NCBI RefSeq assembly: GCF_039654945.1
Contig: NW_027361982.1
Location: forward strand, 6,014,001-6,078,000
DNA: 64,000 nucleotides
Origin: Dendrobates tinctorius
Taxonomy: Eukaryota
Direction: 5' to 3'
Shown here: in pieces, positions 25,791 through 36,814 of the stretch
Position numbering within the stretch: the first letter of the stretch is position 1
Layout: each line of letters opens with the position of its first letter
The notes under the pieces: model-generated
Seen by the model: only the letters and a program-made list of their open reading frames with translations
What the model was told of the DNA's origin: nothing
The model's database searches: none
Translations under genes and position numbers: made by a program

Positions 25791-26296
25791 ACATCCTCAA
25801 CCTCATGTGATCAGTCCTGAGGGTCGCACATAGAGAATTGCGCTGAGCTCCGCTGAAAAACACAGAAACAGAGTTAGTGACCGCACATAACGCCTTCTTC
25901 GCATGTCCTTTTGTGTCCGTATGCAGTTCACTGCAGTTCATCATGTCGCTCACAGTGAAGTGTGGGAATGCAACTACATTGACCAGCGGTGAACTCTATG
26001 GTGTCACCACTCGTCACTGCCACTGCGCTCGCAGCACCTCATTGTATACTGCTCTTCAGCCTGGACGGTCGCATCATGGCACAGTCCTGGTTGTAAAGCA
26101 GTTATCGCTGAGATAGATTACGGTGTGGGACAGTATGTCGGACATGTGAGGGATATGGTGGTTTATTATTTCTATTTTTTACAGGCGACAAGGGCTGCAA
26201 TGAAATGGTAGCAAAGAGAGTATAACTGTGCTTTTTTATTTTTCCATAAATGTGTTAAACAAGATGTTTTGTATTATTTCAAATAAAGGACTTTAA

Positions 26297-27228
26297 GGCC
26301 CCGTCTCACATAGCGAGATTGCTGATGCGGCACCGATTTTGTGACGCAACAGCCACCTCGCCAGTGATCTCGCTACATGTGACACATAGCAACGACCGCC
26401 CTTCCGCTGGATATCGATGATCATGCTCGAATGTCCTGGGCCATTTTTTCATCGTTGACGTCCCGCTGGCCAGCATGCATCGCTGTTTGACGCCGATGAG
26501 CGACCTCATTGGCGATGCAGAACTCAGGGACGCAGGCTGGAATCGTTCAGAATAGCTGCTGTGTGACACCGTACCAGCGATCCCTACCAGGTCGTATCGT
26601 TGTCGGGATCGCTGTTGCGTCGTTGAACAGATCTGCCTGTTTGGCAGCTTAGGCCTCTTTCACACTTCCGTTTTTGACAATCAGTCAAGATCCGCCAATT
26701 TTGAAAAAAAACGGATCCGCCATTTTTCTTTGCGGATCCGTTTTTTTCCCCATTGACTTTCATTACTGGCGGATCCTGACTGATTGCCGTCCGTTGCATC
26801 CGTTTTTTTGAGGATCCGCCACGATGCTAGTGTCCGTCAACATCCTCAAAGATTTCCAAACGGAGCTTGCAACGTTTTTTTCTCCGGCGGATCCTCCAGA
26901 CACTGATTAACCCCAAATTCTGTCTGGGTGCCGGAGAAGAAAAAAATTCTCTCTCTCATTCTCTCTCTCTCTCATTCTCCTTCCCAGCCAGCGATTCCTT
27001 TAAATTTCGTCATTTTCAGGATCCATCTGAAAACGGATCCTGTGCCATCCGTTCACATCAGTTGAGAACGGATCCGCTTGTCCGCCTTTTTGGCGGATTA
27101 TAACTGATGCAAAAAAACTGAAGTGTGAAAGAGGCCTTACTAGCGACCATGTAGCGACACACTAGCGATTCCTACCAGGTCGTGTCGTTGTTGGGATCGC
27201 TGGTGCGTCGCTATGTGAAACGGGACCC
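26297..27228. mobile_element. Harbinger-type MITE with a second Harbinger MITE nested inside (26652-27136)
   Basis: Outer TIR GGCCCCGTCTCACATAGCGA / TCGCTATGTGAAACGGGACC. Inner TTA|GGCCTCTTTCACACTTC ... GAAGTGTGAAAGAGGCC|TTA with a TTA target duplication. Confidence 0.8.
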
Positions 27229-27245
27229 TTATTCTTGTGTATTTA

Positions 27246-28855
27246 CAGTCATATGTAAAAGTTTGGGCACCCCTATTAATGTTAACCTTTTTTCTTTATA
27301 ACAATTTTGTTTTTTGCAACAGGTATTTCAGTTTCATATGTCTAATAACTGATGGACTCAGTTATATTTCTGGATTCAAATGAGGTTTATTGTACTAACA
27401 GAAAATGTGCAATCTGCATTTAAACAAAATTTGACCGGTGCAAAAGTATGGGCACCCTTATTTTCTTGATTTGAACACTCCTAACTACTTTTTACTGACT
27501 TCCTGAAGCACTAAATTGGTTTTGTAACCTCATTGAGCTTTGAACTTCATAGCCAGGTGTATCAAATCATGAGAAAAGGTATTTAAAGTGGCCACTTGCA
27601 AGTAGTTCTCCTATTTGATTCTCCTATGAAGAGTGGCATCATGGGCTCCTCAAAACAACTCTCAAATGATCTGAAAACCAAGATTATTCAACATAGCTTT
27701 TCAGGGGAAGGATACAAAAAGTTGTCTCAGAGATTTAACCAGTCAGTTTCCACTGTGAGGAACATAGTAAGGAAATGGAAGAACACAGGTACAGTTCTTG
27801 TTAAGCCCAGAAGTGGCAGGCCAAGAAAAATATCAGAAAGGCAGAGAAGAAGAATGGTGAGAACAGTCAAGGACAATCCACAGACCACCTCCAAAGACCT
27901 GCAGCATCATCTTGCTGCAGATGGTGTCACTGTGCATCGGTCAACAATACAGCGCACTTTGCACAAGGAGAAGCTGTATGGGACAGTGATGCGAAAGAAG
28001 CAGTTTCTGCAAGCACGCCACAAACAGAGTCGCCTGAGGTATGCAAAAGCACATTTGGACAAGCCAGTTACATTTTGGAAGAAGGTCCTGTGAACTGATG
28101 AAACAAAGATTGAGTTGTTTGGTCATACAAAAAGGCGTTATGCATGCGCTGTATTGTTGACCGATGCACAGTGACACCATCTGCAGCAAGATGATGCTGC
28201 AGGTCTTTGGAGGTGGTCTGTGGATTGTCCTTGACTGTTCTCACCATTCTTCTTCTCTGCCTTTCTGATATTTTTCTTGGCCTGCCACTTCTGGGCTTAA
28301 GAACTGTACCTGTGTTCTTCCATTTCCTTACCATGTTCCTCACAGTGGAAACTGACTGGTTAAATCTCTGAGACAACTTTTTGTATCCTTCCCCTGAAAA
28401 GCTATGTTGAATAATCTTGGTTTTCAGATCATTTGAGAGTTGTTTTGAGGAGCCCATGATGCCACTCTTCATAGGAGAATCAAATAGGAGAACTACTTGC
28501 AAGTGGCCTCTTTAAATACCTTTTCTCATGATTTGATACACCTGGCTATGAAGTTCAAAGCTCAATGAGGTTACAAAACCAATTTAGTGCTTCAGGAAGT
28601 CCGTAAAAAGTAGTTAGGAGTGTTCAAATCAAGAAAATGATAAGGGTGCCCATACTTTTGCACCGGTCAAATTTTGTTTAAATGCAGATTGCACATTTTC
28701 TGTTAGTACAAGAAACCTCATTTGAATCCAGAAATATAACTGAGTCCATCAGTTATTAGACATATGAAACTGAAATACCTGTTGCAAAAAACAAAATTGT
28801 TATAAAGAAAAAAGGTTAACATTAATAGGGGTGCCCAAACTTTTACATATGACTG
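27246..28855. mobile_element. Fold-back Tc1 derivative: two inverted 5' halves, each encoding only the transposase DNA-binding domain
   Basis: TA|CAGTCATATGTAAAAGTTTGGG ... CCCAAACTTTTACATATGACTG|TA. 27246-27954 is the reverse complement of 28145-28855. ORFs 27596-28093 (+) and 28068-28502 (-) are near-identical Tc1 N-termini (GRPRKIS); no DDE domain. Confidence 0.9.
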
Positions 28856-29400
28856 TATTTACAATATGACTATGGTGTTAGTAATGGAGGGTCTTATCGA
28901 CGCCTGTCCATTACTAAGCCGTGGGCTTGATGTCAACTGACAGTACAACGATGACATCAAGCCTGTAGTGGTGGCAAGTGGGAAGAGCAGGACAAAGCAC
29001 CGGAATTGGTGCATTTTATCGATGTGCCATTTCTGGGGTTGACGAGTGCTGATGTTGGTAGAACAATACCCAAAAGGTATTGTCCCTTGTCCCAGATTAT
29101 TAACATCAGCCCCCAGCTGTCATATTTCCCTCTGCTGGTTATGAAAATTACACTGGAGCCCATGCCATTTATTTTACACAGGATGTACACAGCTGCTGCT
29201 GAGTACAACTCCCATTATGGTCATCTGGTCACGATCTTGGGGAGGCCAGGCGACAACAATGAGAGCTACCTTCAGCCACCGATGCCTAGGATCAGCGCAA
29301 ACTATCACTTTTTCCCCGGCGCCGGTTCGTGGCACACGGATGTCACCAGTACTGTTTTTTTCCTATACAGGAATCACTACGACGTGTGAAGGAGGCCTAT

Positions 29401-29649
29401 GGCCAGGTTCACATAGCGTTAACACAGCCCATTCAACGCATAGCGTTATGCTATACCGCGCTAGTGCTGATGATTCATCAGCGCTAGCGGTGACGGAGCC
29501 TCAGACGCTGCAGCCTGCGTCCTAGGCTCCGTCAGTGAATAACGGCACATAGTGAACACATGCCGCTTTACGGCATGGGTCGCGATGCGCCACATAATGG
29601 GGCTGAATGGCAGCGTTAACGGACTGCCATAACGCAGTGTGACCCCAGC
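29401..29649. mobile_element. Degenerate Harbinger-type MITE
   Basis: GGCCAGGTTCACATAGCGTT ... AACGCAGTGTGACCCCAGC imperfect TIRs with a palindromic interior. Confidence 0.45.
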
Positions 29650-30195
29650 TTAAGACACAGAAACTCAAGAAGAAGACCAGTCATCCACAGGAAAAAATGA
29701 ACAGAAGAGTCTCCTGAAATACTCTGCGCTGCCGAGTAGCTTGCCCCTCTCTATACTGAAGACCTGCGCTTGCTGTCAGTGCAGACCTTATTTATATTGA
29801 GCCTAACGTCTTGCTCAGAATAATATCCAGCTGTGAGTGAACTAAACCGATGATTAACATCTGACACTTACTGCGATTCTCACAAAATTGTGCGGATATT
29901 TCTCAGACATATTCTGGCAAAACACCAGATGCGATTACAACAAGTGAACGTAACCATACGGTCCACACAGAATGCGGTTTATGTATCAGTGCAGGTAAAA
30001 GGTCCCAGCCAGGAGCCCACGCAGGATTGTCTCCTGGAAGTGTAACAAACCCTCAGCTGTGACAAGATCCCAACGACTATTCTAAATCTAAAGGGCAAAC
30101 AGTGAATGTCGCCACCTACAACAAGCGGAGATCTTACAATGAGTGACACAAGTTTGTTGCAAAAGTTCAATATTTCAGGAATTATCAATAACGAA

Positions 30196-30990
30196 AAGTG
30201 AACATATAATCCCTATAAAAGCGACTTTAATTGCATATAAAAATAAAACCACCCTTTCCCAGTGAAAAAATGGCAAATGCCACAATATAGACCTAAACTA
30301 AGATGCTGCAAGGCCCTACAATAAACTCAACTGATACCTTCCTGTCCGTGGAGGTTGGCACCCTAGGGATCCCGATTATTTGGCGCCCCCACTCAGCGAG
30401 GACTGTCCCTCACTGCCCTGTCAATAACATAGGTATGAAAACAATGGTTGATAGTATAGAGATGAACAATAAGAGTGCCCTAGAGCTTATGCAGACGTCC
30501 CAGACAAATAAGACAAAAAATTACCACATCATGACAACAAGGTCCACCATATTCCAAGACAGTACCTCAAATGACAAGTGGCCACGACTCTTTACTTCTA
30601 TTTATGCCTCATCTTATAAGGCACTGTCTTGGAATATGGTGGACCTTGTTGTCATGATGTGGTAATTTTTTGTCTTATTTGTCTGGGACGTCTGCATAAG
30701 CTCTAGGGCACTCTTATTGTTCATCTCTATACTATCAACCATTGTTTTCATACCTATGTTATTGACAGGGCAGTGAGGGACAGTCCTCGCTGAGTGGGGG
30801 CGCCAAATAATCGGGATTCCTAGGGTGCCAACCTCCACGGACAGGAAGGTATCAGTTGAGTTTATTGTAGGGCCTTGCAGCATCTTAGTTTAGGTCTATA
30901 TTGTGGCATTTGCCATTTTTTCACTGGGAATGGGTGGTTTTATTTTTATATGCAATTAAAGTCGCTTTTATAGGGATTATATGTTCACTT
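30196..30990. repeat. Near-perfect 372-bp inverted repeat with a 51-bp spacer
   Basis: Arms 30196-30567 and 30619-30990 (about 3 mismatches seen). The ORF track gives the same peptide on both strands. 15-bp direct repeat AATGAGTGACACAAG at 30138-30152 and 30991-31005. Confidence 0.92.
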
Positions 30991-31459
30991 AATGAGTGAC
31001 ACAAGCTAATGAAGACGAACAACCTGCAATTACACGGAAACTCTCGTGATAATTACGTGTCTGGCAATAAACTCCACGGCCGGGACAATACCCAAGTCTG
31101 ATGGAGGCAGAACGCGACTTCTGATAACCTGCGGCCGTGCGAACAAATCAGGAATGCTGAAGAAACGGGACAAATCCAGCAACAGGATAAAGAAATGGAT
31201 GCTGATGTCACAAGCAGACATGAACGATGGAGGAAATCTATGCAGTCAGTATGATGCCTGTGTACAGACGGTGCCAGGACTTTCTGATCTCCTCTCACTA
31301 TACACTACAGGAAAGGCTTTAATTCTTGTGGAACTACAAGGCCCAGCACAACAGCAGTCAGGACATGGTAACAGCTGCAGAACGCTGCCTTATAATATGT
31401 GGAGATATGAGACATTGAGAAACTACAATTTTCTATCAGTCCCACTGTCTCTCTGGTTC

Positions 31460-34400
31460 TCTCTGTATAACACCCAACCCCTCACCCCCCTGTGTATAAC
31501 ACCCAGCCCCTCTGTGCATAATACCTAGCCCCTCGCCCCCCCCTCTGTATAACATCCAACCCCTCACCCCCGTGTATAACACCCAACCCCTCACCCCCCT
31601 GTGTATAACACCCAGCCCCTCGCCCCCCTCTGTATAACACCCAGCCCCTCTGTGCATAATACCTAGCCCCTCGCCCCCCCTCTGTATAAAATCCAGCCCC
31701 TCGCCCCCTGTGCATAATACCTAGCCCCTCGCCCCCCTCTGTATAACATCCAGCCCCTCGCCCCCCTGTGCATAATACCTAGCCCCTCGCCCCCCCTCTG
31801 TATAACATCCAGCCCCTCACCCCCCTCTGTATAACACCCAGCCCCTCTGTGCATAATACCTAGCCCCTCGCCCCCCCTCTGTATAACATCCAGCCCCTCG
31901 CCCCCTGTGCATAATACCTAGCCCCTCCTCTGTATAACATCCAGCCCCTCGCCCCCCTGTGCATAATACCTAGCCCCTCGCCCCCCCTCTGTATAACATC
32001 CAGCCCCTCGCCCCCCTGTGCATAATACCTAGCCCCTCGCCCCCCCTCTGTATAACATCCAGCCCCTCACCCCCCTGTGCATAATACCTAGCCCCTCGCC
32101 CCCCTCTGTATAACATCCAGCCCCTCGCCCCCCTGTGCATAATACCTAGCCCCTCACCCCCCCGTGCATAATACCTAGCCCCTTGCCCCCCTCTGTATAA
32201 CACCCAACCCCTCACCCCCCTGTGTATAACACCCAACCCCTCACCCCCCTGTGTATAACACCCAGCCCCTCGCCCCCCCTCTGTATAACATCCAGCCCCT
32301 CGCCCCCTGTGCATAATACCTAGCCCCTCGCCCCCCCTCTGTATAACATCCAGCCCCTCGCCCCCCTCTGTATAACATCCAGCCCCTCGCCCCCCTCTGT
32401 ATAACATCCAGCCCCTCGCCCCCCCGTGTATAATACCCAGCCCCTCGCCCCCCTCTGTATAATACCCAGCCCCTCGCCCCCCCGTGTATAATACCCAGCC
32501 CCTCGCCCACCTCTGTATAACACCCAACCCCTCACCCCCCTGTGTATAAAACCCAGCCCCTCGCCCCCCCTCTGTATAACATCCAGCCCCTCGCCCCCTG
32601 TGCATAATACCTAGCCCCTCGCCCCCCCTCTGTATAACATCCAGCCCCTCGCCCCCCTCTGTATAACATCCAGCCCCTCGCCCCCCCGTGTATAATACCC
32701 AGCCCCTCGCCCCCCTCTGTATAATACCCAGCCCCTCGCCCCCCCGTGTATAATACCCAGCCCCTCGCCCACCTCTGTATAACACCCAACCCCTCACCCC
32801 CCTGTGTATAACACCCAGCCCCTCGCCCCCCCTCTGTATAACATCCAGCCCCTCGACCCCTGTGCATAATACCTAGCCCCTCGCCCCCCTCTGTATAACA
32901 TCCAGCCCCTCACCCCCCTCTATATAACATCCAGCCCCTCGCCCCCTCGTGTATAATACCCAGCCCCTCGCCCCCCTCTGTATAATACCCAGCCCCTCGC
33001 CCCCCCCGTGTATAATACCCAGCCCCTCGCCCACCTCTGTATAACACCCAACCCCTCACCCCCTGTGTATAACACCCAACCCTTCACCCCCCTGTGTATA
33101 ACACCCAACCCCTCACCCCCCTGTGTATAACACCCAGCCCCTCGCCAACCCTCTGTATAACATCCAGCCCCTCGACCCCTGTGCATAATACCTAGCCCCT
33201 CGCCCCCCTCTGTATAACATCCAGCCCCTCACCCCCCTCTATATAACATCCAGCCCCTCGCCCCCCCGTGTATAATACCCAGCCCCTCGCCCCCCTCTGT
33301 ATAATACCCAGCCCCTCGCTCCCCCGTGTATAATACCCAGCCCCTCGCCCACCTCTGTATAACACCCAACCCCTCACCCCCCTGTGTATAACACCCAGCC
33401 CCTCGCCCCCCTCTGTATAACATCCAGCCCCTCGCCCCCCCTCTGTATAACATCCAGCCCCTCGCCCCCTGTGCATAATACCTAGCCCCTCGCCCCCCCT
33501 CTGTATAACATCCAGCCCCTCGCCCCCCTCTGTATAACATCCAGCCCCTCGCCCCCCCGTGTATAATACCCAGCCCCTCGCCCCCCTCTGTATAATACCC
33601 AGCCCCTCGCCCCCCCGTGTATAATACCCAGCCCCTCGCCCACCTCTGTATAACACCCAACCCCTCACCCCCCTGTGTATAACACCCAACCCTTCACCCC
33701 CCTGTGTATAACACCCAGCCCCTCGCCCCCCCCCTCTGTATAACATCCAGCCCCTCGACCCCTGTGCATAATACCTAGCCCCTCGCCCCCCTCTGTATAA
33801 CATCCAGCCCCTCACTCCCCTCTATATAACATCCAGCCCCTCGCCCCCCCGTGTATAATATCCAGCCCCTCGCCCCCCTCTGTATAATACCCAGCCCCTC
33901 GCCCCCCCTCTGTATAATACCCAGCCCCTCGCCCCCCTCTGTATAACATCCAGCCCCTCGCCCCCCCCGTGTATAATACCCAGCCCCTCGCCCCCCTCTG
34001 TATAACATCCAGCCCCTCGCCCCCCCCGTGTATAATACCCAGCCCCTCGCCCCCCTCTGTATAATACCCAGCCCCCCGCCCCTCTCTGTATAATACCCAG
34101 CCCCTCGCCCCCCTCTGTATAATACCCAGCCCCTCGCCCCCCTCTGTATAATACCCAGCCCCTCGCCCCCCTCTGTATAATACCCAGCCCCTCGCCCCCC
34201 TCTGTATAATACCCAGCCCCTCGCCCCCCTCTGTATAATACCCAGCCCCTCCCCCCCCGTGTATAATACCCAGCCCCTCCCCCCCGTGTATAATACCCAG
34301 CCCCTCCCCCCCCGTGTATAATACCCAGCCCCTCCCCCCGTGTATAATACCCAGCCCCTCGCCCCCCCGTGTATAATACCCAGCCCCTCGCCCCCCCGTG

Positions 34401-34510
34401 TATAATATCCAGCCCCTCGCCCCCCCGTGTATAATATCCAGCCCCTCACCCCCCTGTGTATAACATCCAGCCCTTTGACCCCCTCTGTATAATATCCAGC
34501 CCTTTGACCC
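31460..34510. repeat. About 3-kb C-rich minisatellite, ~29-bp unit
   Basis: Unit approximately CTCTGTATAACATCCAGCCCCTCGCCCCC with patterned variants; roughly 100 copies. Confidence 0.95.
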
Positions 34511-34925
34511 CCACCTCGGTGCATAGACTCCAGCCCCCCTGGTATTTACCATCTGGACCCCCATGCCGTCTGCCTTAACTACCACATGACAGATCAGCCT
34601 GTGGTGCGGAGCTCCCTGATAACAGCGCAGTCCTGTAATAGGAGCCACCAGGGCAACAAGTTTATCCATGACATTTCTTCCTCCTGAATCTTCCCCCATC
34701 ACCTGTGAGTGATATTACTGAGAAGTGGAAGAAATCGCAGCAACTCAGCCACAATGTGGAGACCCCGTAACGTTACCGAGCAGAGGACCAAGTGCTGAGG
34801 AGCAAAGGGCATAAAAGTCACCACCACTCTGCTGACCCCATAACTGCAGAGTCCAGTCCTCCTCTGGTATAACATCAGCATAAACACTGATCCCCCGCCG
34901 GGAGCTTCATGGCCGAGCAGCTGCA

Positions 34926-35997
34926 TGTGTGGCGCCCCTGCGGGTCCAGACGCCACAGAGGTACTGCACCTCAACCAGAGGTGTGGTAACCCACGACCAG
35001 GTAGGATGGATGCACCCAACCAGATTCCCACACCCCACACACACACAGGTCTAGGCTGAAGTTAGATAGAGATCCCCTGAGAGGGAGGGAAGGAGAAGGA
35101 CGTAGCCTGAGCAGCTCCCAACTGCATGGGGAGTGCCAGACGGATTGGACTAAAGAAACAGCAGATTGTCCGCAAGGAAGATTGGTTCTTCCAGGGACAC
35201 GGTTGGAAAGTCATCCTGTGGGTCCCGTTCCACGCTGATGGCTGTCAGGTGGAGGAAGGAACCAGACTGGTCGCAAAGGGAACGCCCCTAGCCTAGATCA
35301 CATTCCTCTGGGTGCCACTAGCAAGCCGACAGCTTTGGTTGCTTTATGGACCATCGCCCCTTCCACAGTTAGTCCGACCGGAAAGGCGGCTATATAGTCA
35401 CGGGAACGGTGAGTCGTTGCCCGAACAGGATTCGCAGCTGCTGGCCCGGAACGCTAATTGTGAAGCGCTGGAGTGGAAGAAGGAGTTTAAGCAGCGTATA
35501 CTTTGGAGACGGCCAGGAAAGGAACACACTGACAGGGAAGGCTGGAAAGGTGCACGCCATCTTATCTGGAAGTTATCTGGACCCCTTATCTGGAGGACTC
35601 GGCACCGAAGCGGGCACCTGTACTGCAGACAGACTGTGAGTAAAGCCTTTGGAACTACAAGCCCTTGTGTCCTTCACTTATTCTTGCTCTGCTACATCCA
35701 CCTCACCATCTACCCCTCACCTACACTGCCCTGGGACTACAGCTCCACCTGTGGAGGGCTTCAACATCATTGCTGCACCACACCATCTGTCCCAGAGAAG
35801 CAATCCTGCAGCGCTGGTCAAACTGACCAGAAACCACAGGTGGCGTCACGAATCATCTCAACAACTTTATCCCCATCACTCTACCCCTTTTACATTGACC
35901 ACCTGAGGCCACGGGCCGGGTCACTGCCGCTGTGACATCTCCCATAGAAATCAACGGGCCCGGCACCGAGTACCCCACGGCCTCTGGGGGCGTCACA
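34926..35997 (+). mobile_element. Solo LTR (Gypsy-like), about 1.07 kb
   Basis: TG..CA termini with short TIR TGTGGCGCCCC / GGGGCGTCACA, flanked by a 4-bp TGCA duplication. AGTAAA poly(A)-like signal near 35639; orientation tentative. Confidence 0.7.
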
Positions 35998-36479
35998 TGC
36001 AGCCATACATCACCAAGCACAATGCCGAGCGTCGGATGGAGCGGTGTAAAGTCGCCAGCACTGGACCCTGGAGGAGACGTGTTCTGTGCAGTGATGATCG
36101 CACTTCTCTATCTGCGGCTGATGCCTCTTTCCTGCTCCTGTGATCGTGTCCAGGGTCCGTACAGACAGAGCCCGGACCTCAGCCCCCCTATAAATGGAGA
36201 TTGTGTCCCCCCAATATCAGGGTCTGACCCCACAAACGCTCTTCTGGATGAAGGGGAAAAATCCCACAGACAAAATCATGTAGACATCCCAGAAGCGCGG
36301 AGGACGTGGCCATATTGGTGGGACAGCAGCGATCTGCAGCCGGGGGGCACCGGTCACCGCCACACCGGAGCGAGATTTTCTGGATTTTTATATTTTTTCA
36401 TTACAATGAATAAATTCATTCATTTACAAGACCCATAGACCCCCCATATAAGACAGAATAATGAGCAGCACGTAGTGTG

Positions 36480-36780
36480 GGGTGTCGCTCCGGGGGTCGC
36501 ACGGCCGCGCCAGGTCTCACCTTCCTCCCCGCTCCTCTCCGCAATCCTCGCTCTGTCCATTGATTTTTCTGTTCAGCACAATAAAGTTGCGCTGAGTTAT
36601 GTGGGTGGGGCTGTCTCCATGGTGACCGCAGAGGGCGGAAGTGGGGAGCTATTTCCGGGTGACAGTTGAGAACTGCACGGCACGCTGCAGGACGGAGAAA
36701 CGGTAAAATAACGCGTCATTACCGCAAGTGGAGGTGTGAATGCGTGGGTGGTGGAGAACTACAGATGCCAGCACAACACA
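36480..36780. promoter_or_regulatory. CpG-rich bidirectional promoter with putative non-coding first exons of B3GALT4 (-) and PFDN6 (+)
   Basis: Minus-strand donor GAAG|GTGAGA at 36521/36520 and plus-strand donor ACG|GTAAAA at 36702/36703. ETS motifs CGGAAGT (about 36636) and TTCCGG (about 36653), GC-box-like GGGTGGGGC, ZNF143-like ACTACAGATGCCAGCA near 36758. Matching acceptors at 25852 (-) and 39696 (+). Confidence 0.6.
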
Positions 36781-36814
36781 CGTTATTTGTGTATATGATA
36801 TTTTCAGCAGCTCA

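Noticed and set aside
30303-30883. Identical peptides on both strands (MLQGPTINST..)
   Set aside because: A consequence of the inverted repeat; no recognisable protein features.
31094-31121. Hammerhead-like AAGT-CTGATGG..GAACGCGAC-TT
   Set aside because: Core is broken (CTGATGG, no GAAA, no stem II, no UH); at most a decayed remnant.
31436-34702. Long Gly/Arg-rich ORFs on the minus strand
   Set aside because: Translations of the 29-bp minisatellite, open in several frames, with no gene structure.
35312-35935. 207-aa ORF
   Set aside because: Lies inside the solo LTR, has a non-ATG start and no recognisable domain.
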